Shown here one piece after another: positions 10,351 through 19,564 of a stretch of DNA of 64,000 bases. How positions within the stretch are numbered: position 1 is the first letter of the stretch; each line of letters opens with the position of its first letter. Position numbers and translations under genes: made by a program. The notes under the pieces are model-generated. The model saw only the letters and a program-made list of their open reading frames with translations, was not told the DNA's origin and ran no database searches. The DNA is from a virus: the IMG/VR virus record IMGVR_UViG_3300024259_001791; one strand, given 5' to 3'.

Positions 10351-11955
10351 ATGATGAGCGATAAAGCTTACAATTTATTAGATGAACAATTTATTCGTTG
10401 TTGCTGTAATGATGGCGGTGTTAAAATGCATTCTCTTAAAAGCATTTTTGAAGATTCGCATTCTGTGATAGAAATCATTTGCAAAAATGAGTGGGAAAGA
10501 ATATCTCTTTTGAGATTGATGCAATCCGTATTGTATTGCTCATCTTTATTTTTGACATTAAAAGACTGTAAGACATTGTGGAAGCAAACCAAATTTAACG
10601 ATCAAGATGTCAAAAAAATTCATAATTATTTAGAATCGTGTCGAGAAAAATTTTATCTTATTCACCCAAAATATCCTTTTTTGCAGACTTCTGAAGATAT
10701 GGATGAAAAAACTATATCTCACATTTATTGTTTGGGATATGAAGGCGAATCTTCAATGCCATTTTTTAATCATACGACTAATAATAGCGGCCCAATTGAT
10801 GCTATTGATACTGTTGTACAGCTTATCTCTATGCAATTCATAGTCCCGGCGGGAGGTAGGGGATATATCACTTCGGAATTATCAGGTAAAAATATTTATT
10901 TAATTGGGGGTAACAATCTTTTTGAAATAATTTCATTAAATACTATTCCGTATAAAACATTTGCTGCATCATTTGGAGAGGATACGGTTGATTTAAGTGA
11001 CGATTTACCTTCGTGGGAAAGTGAAGAAAAATCTATTGCAAAAAAAATCGGTCCCATTAATTATATGACTACGACTCATAGAAAAATAAAATTGATCCCT
11101 GATGGTGGTGACACGCTGAAATTTAAGAAAATGTATTTTTCTGCAAAGAATAGAACTGAAATAGGGTATAAACAATATGAAGATACAATTATAGAACCTT
11201 TATTTTGTTACAGCCGCAAATTAGTGACTGATAAAAAAGTCGACAAAAAAATATCGAAGTGGATTCCTTTTAACGTAGACAAAAACAAATATCGAAAACA
11301 ACTTTCTTGGATTAATTGCCATTCACTAATTAATTATAAAAACCAAGATATTAAATGTCCAAAAAATATAAAACACGCCACTGAATTACTTAAAAATAGT
11401 TGTAGTTTTTCGTATCCTATTGAAGTATCAATTAGCGGCGTAAAGTCAGCTTCAATTCGCTATATATACAGGTCAAAGCTTCCGATAGAATTAACTTCAA
11501 ATTTTTCTTTGGAAGATAATATGGAAATATTTTCTGATGAAATTCGATGCTTATGCGACGAATTTATAAAAGAAGAAAAATCTTTAAAAAAAGTCATAAA
11601 CGATAACTTCGATTTTGTACAAGGTAAGAAGAAAGAAAAAAATGACAAGAAAAGTAGCAACAGTACAGTCACTGAAAAATATTTGTTTTCATATTGGTCT
11701 AATGTCAGCCAGAAATTTAAAAATATAATGGTTAAAGATATTGAAAAATCAATACTATTAAAAAAGATTACCGAATGTAGAGAAAAGAACATTAAAATAT
11801 GTCATGGTATATCAGATCGTATCTTGAAATCTATCAGAAAAGATGTTGGAAAAAGATACTTGGAGAATTGGGTAAAAGCTTCTAACTCATTGAAGAAAAA
11901 AAGAAATTATAAAAAAGGAGTTGTAAAAAATGAACGAAACAAAACAAAAAAATGA
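10351..11955 (+). CDS. cas8e: Cas8e (Cse1/CasA) large subunit
   Basis: YNLLDEQFI N-terminus, PFLQ, GNNLFEIISLN and GPINYMT..RKIKL motifs; position after cas3. Confidence 0.8.
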   Translation: MMSDKAYNLLDEQFIRCCCNDGGVKMHSLKSIFEDSHSVIEIICKNEWERISLLRLMQSVLYCSSLFLTLKDCKTLWKQTKFNDQDVKKIHNYLESCREKFYLIHPKYPFLQTSEDMDEKTISHIYCLGYEGESSMPFFNHTTNNSGPIDAIDTVVQLISMQFIVPAGGRGYITSELSGKNIYLIGGNNLFEIISLNTIPYKTFAASFGEDTVDLSDDLPSWESEEKSIAKKIGPINYMTTTHRKIKLIPDGGDTLKFKKMYFSAKNRTEIGYKQYEDTIIEPLFCYSRKLVTDKKVDKKISKWIPFNVDKNKYRKQLSWINCHSLINYKNQDIKCPKNIKHATELLKNSCSFSYPIEVSISGVKSASIRYIYRSKLPIELTSNFSLEDNMEIFSDEIRCLCDEFIKEEKSLKKVINDNFDFVQGKKKEKNDKKSSNSTVTEKYLFSYWSNVSQKFKNIMVKDIEKSILLKKITECREKNIKICHGISDRILKSIRKDVGKRYLENWVKASNSLKKKRNYKKGVVKNERNKTKK

Positions 11956-12427
11956 TTTAAAGGTTAATTTCATAAAACACTTAAATCAATTGCTTGTTAA
12001 AGATAATGTGGAAGCAATTAATTGCTATAGGCGCTGTTTGAAATTAGAGGATAAAAATGCTCGTCGGCAAACATGCGAGTATAAAGGGTGTACCCCTTAT
12101 AAATTCATGAAAGAATTTTTCTTTATTGGTGGGTTATTTATGGAATATAAAAATAATACAGATAAAGAATATAAGAATTTTGGAGATTCTTGTCGTGAAT
12201 TATATTTTGCGATGGACAAGGCTGATTTGATAAACAATTATTTTCGCAATTTATTGACTCTTGACAACATTGATACAGTTCTTATAGAAATCAAAAGATT
12301 AATTAGTCGAATGACAGAATATTCTATAAAAATTAATTATTCCAATATGTTATCTGATATAATGAATTGGCATCATAAAGATGAGTTTGTGCAAGACAAA
12401 TTAGCGCTATCTTTTTGGAAGAATTAA
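11930..12427 (+). CDS. cse2: Cse2 (Cas11/CasB) small subunit
   Basis: helical 165 aa; FGDSC, FRNLL, INYSNMLSDIMNW and VQDKLALSFW resemble Cse2; position between cas8e and cas7. Confidence 0.75.
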   Translation: MNETKQKNDLKVNFIKHLNQLLVKDNVEAINCYRRCLKLEDKNARRQTCEYKGCTPYKFMKEFFFIGGLFMEYKNNTDKEYKNFGDSCRELYFAMDKADLINNYFRNLLTLDNIDTVLIEIKRLISRMTEYSIKINYSNMLSDIMNWHHKDEFVQDKLALSFWKN

Positions 12428-12460
12428 TATAACATAATTATAATAAAGGAGAACAAAATT

Positions 12461-13633
12461 ATGACGATGGAAATCGAAAAAGATGTATTAAGAAAAAACA
12501 GAGGAAACAATTTTGGGGCACCGCACCTTGTCTTAGATATGATTTGGAACAGTCCTGGTGCTAATTTCGTTCGTGACGATATGAATCACCCCAAAAACAC
12601 ATTTTCGGCAGCATTGCTACGTGCAGTTCGAGAAAATTCCAGTAGCCCAGTTAGAATTACTGCCAGCAGAACTGAAGCTATTGATTTTATTAAGAATCAC
12701 GTTCGTGAAATACTGAAAGATAGTGTTGAAATTGATAAAGAAACATTAGATGAAAAAACAGAAGATATCTATGGCAGATATTTTCAAGGTAAGAAGAAAG
12801 AAGAAAAAAATAACAAGAAAAGTGATAACAAGAAAAGTGATAACAAGAAAGATCAACAATTTTTAGGATTTAAGGAAGAATTGCAACATATCGGGAATCA
12901 TATAGCATCGTTGTATGTCGGTAAAGACGAAAAATTGACTCAATTTATTCCTATAGATATTTGGAGAGGCAACCCGGCTTTAGTTAAGACGGAAAATGTT
13001 GATGGGACAAATCAATTACACTGTGATGGTTGTCTGCGCATGAATGGTTATAAACTTGGGTTGCCTACTGCAAAAAGCGAATTTATTGTAGCTAAAGATG
13101 ACTTATGCCTTACTCAGTCTAAAGGTTCTTTTATGGGCATTCGTTACGCACACAGTGATTCACTTTACTATGTTAGTGCTTGTATAGAACTTGTACGTCC
13201 TTTTGAATTAAGTGGTTTGCACAAAAGAGATTTTGAAGATGACTTCAAAGAATTAATTACGAATATAATTTATTCCCGTCCAAACGGCATGACCGAAATT
13301 TACAATAACGATCAGATTACGACAGAATTTATAACGGCACGAATTAGACATGGTGGACAACGTACTTATGGGTGTGGTGGAGTTTATGGAAAAACCACCC
13401 CACAAGGAGCGGAGTCTACAGGAGAGGTTGTAGATCATCTAATCTCATATTTGGATTATCAGTTGGCAAATCATGGAGATTATGAGAATAATAATGTAGA
13501 ATGTTTTTATGTTCCTTTATGGAATTGGAAAACACAATATCCAGATCGTTGGGAATCTTGTAAAAATCATCCTTCTTTCGTGGAAAAACTAGCGAAAACA
13601 AGTATCGAAGCAATTGATAAACATTTAGGATAA
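12461..13633 (+). CDS. cas7: divergent Cas7e (CasC)
   Basis: RDDMNHPK, LLRAVR, EFIVAKDDL and LYYVSAC motifs; size and position. Confidence 0.7.
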   Translation: MTMEIEKDVLRKNRGNNFGAPHLVLDMIWNSPGANFVRDDMNHPKNTFSAALLRAVRENSSSPVRITASRTEAIDFIKNHVREILKDSVEIDKETLDEKTEDIYGRYFQGKKKEEKNNKKSDNKKSDNKKDQQFLGFKEELQHIGNHIASLYVGKDEKLTQFIPIDIWRGNPALVKTENVDGTNQLHCDGCLRMNGYKLGLPTAKSEFIVAKDDLCLTQSKGSFMGIRYAHSDSLYYVSACIELVRPFELSGLHKRDFEDDFKELITNIIYSRPNGMTEIYNNDQITTEFITARIRHGGQRTYGCGGVYGKTTPQGAESTGEVVDHLISYLDYQLANHGDYENNNVECFYVPLWNWKTQYPDRWESCKNHPSFVEKLAKTSIEAIDKHLG

Positions 13634-13638
13634 TAATA

Positions 13639-14994
13639 ATGGCAGGAATTATATTAAAGATGGAAGGACAAAGACAATCGTATGGTATTCAAAGTCATTA
13701 CAGCGTTCGTGACACCGAAAAATTTCCAACGAAATCAGCAGTTGTGAACATGGTACGTGCCGCTGCTGGTATTGGTCGAACAAATGAGAAATTGATTGAA
13801 TTGAATGATACAAAAATGACGGTTAGGATTGATTATCCAGGTGAATATAAAGAAGATTTTAGAACAGCACAATTTGAAGATCGCCTAACAAGAGGAGAAA
13901 AACCATCAAAAAATAAAACTATAGTTCAATATAAACACTATTTATGCGATGCGAGTTTTTTAGTGTTATTAGATTCACCTGATTCGGAATTGATAGAGTG
14001 GGTAGCTGGTGTTGTTAAGAGTCCAGAATGGTATCCATATCTTGGAAGGAGAGAATACGAACCATCTGCACCTATATATGTGAGGCATTGGTCTGATAAG
14101 TCTATCGGAAAGGATATCCTAGAAAAAGAACCGTGGTTTTATCGTGGTGATGTTAAAAAACCTGAAAAATTGGAATATATTCAAGAAATACCAAACAATG
14201 ATAAAGATGGTATTTTAATCAAGGATGTAATGATTAATTCTGCCGATAGAATTTTTAGTTATCGAAAAATTAAATCAGTTGAAAAGCCATTAAATGCTGA
14301 ATTGATTAAAGAAACTCCTAGTTTTACGGTATCTCATGGACATATGCCCGCTATCAAAAAAAGAAAAAACCAAATTATTTTCGAGAACAAATGTGATCAA
14401 AATGCAGATGAATACATTACTATTTTAAAATTTGAAAATGAAAATTATGTTTATCAATTCGCAAATCATCCTCATGACTTTTTTCATATAATTTGTAAGT
14501 CTCTCCCGTCTATAGATGATGGAGGAAAGGGAAGATGTTTATTCTCTGTACAAGAATCTCATATAATAGTTAAAACTGAAAAAAAACCTGATTGGTCTTT
14601 TTTAAACGAATACAATAAAGGAATTATAAAGTGTTGTATTCATCCTGTAATATATGACAAATGGGATCAATTAAATCATCTCCGTTGTTGGTTACGGTAT
14701 AATCCAGTTAAAAGACTAGACGGAAAAAATGTATTATTAAAAACTGAACGAGAACGATTGGAATGGTTGAATAAAAGAAGTAAAAATTATGGTTTGAAGA
14801 TTTTGAATTGTAATATATCACATACTGAAAAAGTCGAAGGTAAACAGCATAATATTATTGTCGCTGATGTAGAATTAGAAATTAAAGTTGTTGACAAAGA
14901 GTTGTTTGTTGAAGCATGTAAAAATGGTATCGGTAGAGAGAAAAATGCAGGATGTGGTTTATTGTTATTCGAAAATATGATTTTTAGGTCGTAA
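13639..14994 (+). CDS. Cas5e-Cas6e fusion protein
   Basis: N-half: LKMEGQRQSYG, RDTEKFPTKSAVV and PYLGRR (Cas5e); C-half: RYNPVKR, EWLNKR and G-rich loop GIGREKNAGCGLL (Cas6e); no stop between them. Confidence 0.85.
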   Translation: MAGIILKMEGQRQSYGIQSHYSVRDTEKFPTKSAVVNMVRAAAGIGRTNEKLIELNDTKMTVRIDYPGEYKEDFRTAQFEDRLTRGEKPSKNKTIVQYKHYLCDASFLVLLDSPDSELIEWVAGVVKSPEWYPYLGRREYEPSAPIYVRHWSDKSIGKDILEKEPWFYRGDVKKPEKLEYIQEIPNNDKDGILIKDVMINSADRIFSYRKIKSVEKPLNAELIKETPSFTVSHGHMPAIKKRKNQIIFENKCDQNADEYITILKFENENYVYQFANHPHDFFHIICKSLPSIDDGGKGRCLFSVQESHIIVKTEKKPDWSFLNEYNKGIIKCCIHPVIYDKWDQLNHLRCWLRYNPVKRLDGKNVLLKTERERLEWLNKRSKNYGLKILNCNISHTEKVEGKQHNIIVADVELEIKVVDKELFVEACKNGIGREKNAGCGLLLFENMIFRS

Positions 14995-15067
14995 TGTGAT
15001 CAACACTTATATCTGCAAAACTACCATATATAGTGTTTTTGTTGATTATGTCATACAGGATGTTAGT

Positions 15068-15590
15068 GTACTCCCCACGCGTGTGGGGGTGAACCGGCCT
15101 CGTGCCCTCTGAGACACTGTTGTATAGACGTACTCCCCACGCGTGTGGGGGTGAACCGACTACAGAAAAGATATGAACATATCATAGAACGTACTCCCCA
15201 CGCGTGTGGGGGTGAACCGATTGGAGACAAGATAGTTTGCAGAAACGCACTGGTACTCCCCACGCGTGTGGGGGTGAACCGGAATAGTCAATTTTTTGCG
15301 GAAAGAATACATCACGTACTCCCCACGCGTGTGGGGGTGAACCGGTGACGGGTTTTGTATTATGTTTGCAATAGTTGTACTCCCCACGCGTGTGGGGGTG
15401 AACCAGAGGAATTTGTAGACAAGTGAGGCGATCATAAGTATTCCCCACGCATTGTGGGGGTGAACCTGCTGCTGGACAAACTGTATTCAGAGGCGTACCA
15501 AATTCCCCACGCATGTGGGGGTGAACCGCAATACCGCCACGCCAGTAACTCTACTATTTGGTATTTCCCCACTCGTGTGGGGGTGAACAT
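15068..15590 (+). CRISPR. CRISPR array 2, type I-E repeat, 9 repeats / 8 spacers
   Basis: GTACTCCCCACGCGTGTGGGGGTGAACCG at 15068, 15130, 15191, 15253, 15316; variants at 15377, 15438, 15500, 15561; spacers 32-34 bp; degeneration toward the 3' end. Confidence 0.98.
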
Positions 15591-15658
15591 GGACGTTAGA
15601 ACTTGGTGATAACAACCAACGATATAGTTGACTAACAATCTATATAAGGAGAATCACA

Positions 15659-16144
15659 ATGGCTGAAAGAGTACATTTTACGATTAGTCACACAAACAGA
15701 GAAACAGTAGAACGATTTTTAAACTATGCAAATGAAAAACACGTATTTGAAGAAAAAGACGGATACTTAGCAGGAGTAGGCGACGAACTGCTTGACGGAC
15801 AAGGAGTTGGTTTCTTTGAGATTCTAAATGCTGAATGGTTCTATAAATTGGCAGGATTGATTACAATTTTAGGAATTGAAGGAATGACTGCCGTAGCACG
15901 ATTTAGTAGTGAATGCTATACAGAGGCACATGTGTTTATCTGTAGCGATTCTAAATGGCATGAAATATATGTATCCAATGTAGAAAGTGATTTTTGCAAC
16001 AGTTTACAATTTTATGGAGACGGAATAAGAAGACGTTTAGAAGAAATTGCTGTATACATGGACGAAAGGCAAGAGAAAATGAAAAAAGAACGAGCAGAAG
16101 AAGTAAAAGTAAGAGAGGCAGCAAAAATAAATTCAGGAGAATAA
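15659..16144 (+). CDS. hypothetical protein (paralog set A)
   Basis: SD AAGGAG; shares a GxxG...W.EIY segment with the next two ORFs. Confidence 0.75.
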   Translation: MAERVHFTISHTNRETVERFLNYANEKHVFEEKDGYLAGVGDELLDGQGVGFFEILNAEWFYKLAGLITILGIEGMTAVARFSSECYTEAHVFICSDSKWHEIYVSNVESDFCNSLQFYGDGIRRRLEEIAVYMDERQEKMKKERAEEVKVREAAKINSGE

Positions 16145-16146
16145 TT

Positions 16147-16755
16147 ATGGCAAGTTCAATTTTTGTTTGTTTAATGCATCATGACGACGAGAAGCTGGAA
16201 AAGCTTTTAGAGGTAGTAAAGAATTGGTTAAAAGAGTATGAGGTTAGCTGGTCAGCAAATAACAATGATACGTTAGAGATCAGCAATTGGGAAGAAGGAA
16301 GAGAAGAAGGAGATAGGTGTGCAGATGTTAATAGTATTAACTTCCGTCTACTGAACTCTGGTAACGCAAAAGGCTTGGCAGAACTTATTAGTGAAAACGG
16401 CTTAGACGGAACCATAATGAGAGCAAGCCTAGAAAGAGACAGGTATACAAGGAAATATATCGAAATGTGCATCGACGGTGAGTGGCGTGAAATATATTCC
16501 TCACAACCGGAAAACGACTTTATTGAAGAAGTCAGAATATCTTTTTGCGACGACGAATACCTTAAAGTATATTTAGACAAAATAAGAAAAAAGATATCAC
16601 AAACATTATCATCAGGGAAACGCCACAAACCGGCTGATGGTGATAAAGGACAACTTACACTTAATGGAGGAATTCGAGAGACACAACGAATATTTAGTCG
16701 TATATGCGAAGTATTTGATAAGGCGAAACGACCAAAGACAACGAGGAATTCATGA
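16147..16755 (+). CDS. hypothetical protein (paralog set A)
   Basis: ATG 16147 behind GGAG (track start 15994); GLDG..MR...GEWREIYS. Confidence 0.75.
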   Translation: MASSIFVCLMHHDDEKLEKLLEVVKNWLKEYEVSWSANNNDTLEISNWEEGREEGDRCADVNSINFRLLNSGNAKGLAELISENGLDGTIMRASLERDRYTRKYIEMCIDGEWREIYSSQPENDFIEEVRISFCDDEYLKVYLDKIRKKISQTLSSGKRHKPADGDKGQLTLNGGIRETQRIFSRICEVFDKAKRPKTTRNS

Positions 16756-16790
16756 TATAGTATAAAGGTTTTTTATAAAGGAGTTTAATT

Positions 16791-17150
16791 ATGGGACGTT
16801 TAATGAGAACAAAGTTTTTTAATGCAGATGAAGAAATGTTGAAAAAGTTTATTGATAGCCTTCCGCCAAAGGACTTAGTAATAACAGATGGAGTTCCATG
16901 CAGAGATATCGAATTTCCAACTAAATTTGTGGAAGAGTCGGTCTGGAGCCAGTATTTCTGGTCTGATATGGTAAGATACTTAAATAAAGATGGCATTACT
17001 GGCATGGTAGCGGTTGACCATGGATGTTTTCAGGATACTGTTTTTATTCAAGGAAACTCTCAATGGGTTCCAATTTATAGTATTGCATATGCAAGAAACA
17101 ATGGTGAAAAGGTTAAAGAAGGTGGCGTACATTTAGAACAAAGAAGTTAA
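16791..17150 (+). CDS. hypothetical protein (paralog set A)
   Basis: SD AAGGAG; GITGMV...SQWVPIYS. Confidence 0.7.
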   Translation: MGRLMRTKFFNADEEMLKKFIDSLPPKDLVITDGVPCRDIEFPTKFVEESVWSQYFWSDMVRYLNKDGITGMVAVDHGCFQDTVFIQGNSQWVPIYSIAYARNNGEKVKEGGVHLEQRS

Positions 17151-17177
17151 AAATATTTTATAAATAGGAGAATAACC

Positions 17178-17588
17178 ATGTCAAAAGAAATTTATATAGA
17201 AGCGACTCCAGATCGTGACGCAAATGATCGTGCTGACCGACCAGACGACTTTTTTGGTCTATGCCCCAAATGTAAAGAAGAACCAGGCATGGAAAATTTA
17301 GGACGCGACCATTGGTGCGTGTGTGGTAAATGTAAAACCAGATGGCATTATGGTTCTAACCTATTTTCTACTTGGCGTCCAGATGGACATTTGCCTAATG
17401 ATGCCCCTCAAGAAGAAATAGATAAAATATGGAAAGAATATGAAGAAGTAATATGGCCAGAATTAGCGAAAAAACTTGAAGGGTATGAAGAAGTAGAACC
17501 ATATTTTTATCACTTAGATACTAAAGGTAACGTATCTAAAGACGATGAATTTTCTGCGTTTGAATGTAATGACGAATTAGATTTTTAA
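17178..17588 (+). CDS. hypothetical protein with CxxC motifs
   Basis: CPKC and CGKC; SD GGAG. Confidence 0.7.
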   Translation: MSKEIYIEATPDRDANDRADRPDDFFGLCPKCKEEPGMENLGRDHWCVCGKCKTRWHYGSNLFSTWRPDGHLPNDAPQEEIDKIWKEYEEVIWPELAKKLEGYEEVEPYFYHLDTKGNVSKDDEFSAFECNDELDF

Positions 17589-17635
17589 TCATTTTTAACT
17601 CGACGCTATAATGAAATAACAGAAGGAGAACGAAC

Positions 17636-18073
17636 ATGAATATCATTGCTTTTATTTTGATTTTAGTATTGTGGCCGATTGTTTATGGTTTGACAAAAAT
17701 TGTTTTAACAGTTTTATTAATGGGCATATTTAATTGTATACCGAAACCGGTACAATTTATAGCAGACATCTTTCTCTTTATAGTTTGTGCAGCATCTCAA
17801 TTTTCTTCGATATTAATGGCAATAGGAATCTGTTTGTTATTCGGATTAGAAGTTACATTTTGGATGATTCTTCCATGCATTCTTTGGATATCGCCTGGGA
17901 TAATTGCGTCTTTTGAAACAGACTATGAGAAAATGGATAACATAGAAAGAGAATGCGGAATGCTGCTGCCGAATGGTAATACATTTGCTGACACGAAAGC
18001 ACATATTGATTGGAGTACACACTGTGGTAATTTGGCTGCTTCTATCACCGGATTACTTGTGTTTGTTCAATGA
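17636..18073 (+). CDS. membrane protein
   Basis: several hydrophobic segments; CTATAAT at 17606 and SD AAGGAG. Confidence 0.7.
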   Translation: MNIIAFILILVLWPIVYGLTKIVLTVLLMGIFNCIPKPVQFIADIFLFIVCAASQFSSILMAIGICLLFGLEVTFWMILPCILWISPGIIASFETDYEKMDNIERECGMLLPNGNTFADTKAHIDWSTHCGNLAASITGLLVFVQ

Positions 18074-18131
18074 TGAATTATAAAAAAGAAATAATTCACT
18101 TGACGCTATAATGAAATAGAAGGAGAAACCA

Positions 18132-18713
18132 ATGTCAAAAAAAGATAATACTATTAAGTGGAAAAAAGAATTGAAGAAACGCGGTTGGCCAAGTAATTTC
18201 AAATTCAATTTTGATGTAAATCGATGGGGAAGTTGTCAATATTCCAGTGCTTTAGCGACGTATGACCTTTATTTTAAAATGCGCGAAACATTAAGCATGA
18301 AAGATACACTTGATTTACTAGGGGTTAAATTCGCATTTGATAGAAAAAATACTTTTACAAATATTCGACAGAGTTTTGTTGATGAAATTGAAAAAAATTA
18401 TGCAGACTATGATTGGTATACCGAAGAAGAAGTAAAAGAAAGAGTGGAAGCAGCAAAACGAGCAAAGAATTTTGATGATATGTTTGAAACAGTTGCAAAC
18501 AATTCATGGGATTTGTGGAGTGCTGCCCCATTCGTCGCTGGATACGCATTCGAGAATTATACACTAGAAGGTGCCCCGGAATCTCCCGGCACTGGTCCCA
18601 TTCTTAATGTCGCTGTCCAATCAGTCAATCTTAAAATTGGATTGCTTTGTGCGTTGTTGAAGGACTATAAGCAAGTAAAGGAAGAGAAATCGTTTGTCGG
18701 TTTCGACACATAA
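18132..18713 (+). CDS. hypothetical protein
   Basis: CTATAAT at 18106 and SD AAGGAG. Confidence 0.7.
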   Translation: MSKKDNTIKWKKELKKRGWPSNFKFNFDVNRWGSCQYSSALATYDLYFKMRETLSMKDTLDLLGVKFAFDRKNTFTNIRQSFVDEIEKNYADYDWYTEEEVKERVEAAKRAKNFDDMFETVANNSWDLWSAAPFVAGYAFENYTLEGAPESPGTGPILNVAVQSVNLKIGLLCALLKDYKQVKEEKSFVGFDT

Positions 18714-18714
18714 A

Positions 18715-19338
18715 ATGGATAGACTAAAAGAAATCAAGAAACGCACAGCAGCAGCTATGAGCGGGCCGTGGGAAGCAAAAGACGTACCAAGTGCTGGCTT
18801 GCAGATTATGGCGAAAGTGCCGTTCCACGCCTACGGAAAGGGGTGGGAACTCAAAGAGGATGGGATATACACGATTTTCCGCACGCCACAAGCGAGTGAT
18901 ATGCACGCCACAGTCGCCAAAGACGGAACACTAACTTTTCTTCTTGCATACGAAGATTGGGTTCAGTTCCCGTGTAAAGAATGGGACGACATACAATCCG
19001 CTAACGCCCAATTTCTTGCCCATGCCCGTGAAGATGTAGAATGGTTGATAGAAGAATTAAAAAAAGCAGAACAAGAAAAAGCCAGATTAAGACAAAAATG
19101 CGATTGTAACATGAACGACAGAGATACTTTACAAGTTAATTATGACAAGTTGAAAAAAGAAAAAGCACCACTTTATACTGACAGAATTAAAGACTTGGAA
19201 AAACATATCAAGAAGATGAGTCATCGTCGTTGTTTTGAGTGTAAGCACGAAGATTATTATGTATTAAATACACTTCCACACTGCAAATGTTCTAAATGCG
19301 GAAGTGCAGATACGAGACTAATTAAGGAGACAAAATGA
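18715..19338 (+). CDS. phage hypothetical protein (Ead/Ea22-like segment, coiled coil, C-terminal Zn ribbon)
   Basis: GPW..., ANAQFLAHAREDVEWLIEEL; CFEC/CSKC. Confidence 0.6.
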   Translation: MDRLKEIKKRTAAAMSGPWEAKDVPSAGLQIMAKVPFHAYGKGWELKEDGIYTIFRTPQASDMHATVAKDGTLTFLLAYEDWVQFPCKEWDDIQSANAQFLAHAREDVEWLIEELKKAEQEKARLRQKCDCNMNDRDTLQVNYDKLKKEKAPLYTDRIKDLEKHIKKMSHRRCFECKHEDYYVLNTLPHCKCSKCGSADTRLIKETK

Positions 19339-19496
19339 GTAAATTAGATGCTAGGAAGAAAGAGTTGTCTGAAAATTTTACAAAGCTGAAAGATACAAAA
19401 GATGAAATCCGTAAGTTGGTTATGGCAAAAGAAATTACGATCAAACAGTTCAAAGAATTGATCGTTTGGGCAGAAAAATACTATAAAGGTCAATAA
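19335..19496 (+). CDS. small hypothetical protein (53 aa, not in track)
   Basis: SD AAGGAG, ATG 19335, TAA 19494-19496. Confidence 0.55.
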   Translation: MSKLDARKKELSENFTKLKDTKDEIRKLVMAKEITIKQFKELIVWAEKYYKGQ

Positions 19497-19564
19497 AAAG
19501 ACCACCATCTCACCTATAATAAATTAGCAAGGGGCCAGTGTGTCCCTATAATCGGAGATTTATT

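Noticed and set aside
7332-15560. self-targeting of spacers within the window
   Set aside because: no match found by eye for the seeds I tried; this was not an exhaustive search and needs BLASTn-short
7303-15590. CRISPR-associated transposon or Cas5/Cas8-HNH variant
   Set aside because: no Tns, TniQ or integrase motifs nearby; no HNH in cas5 or cas8; Cas3 is present with intact motifs
15063-15638. several short ORFs on both strands over array 2 (and 7456..7716 over array 1)
   Set aside because: translations are periodic repeat products (HPHTRG, GSPPHAWG); they are CRISPR shadows
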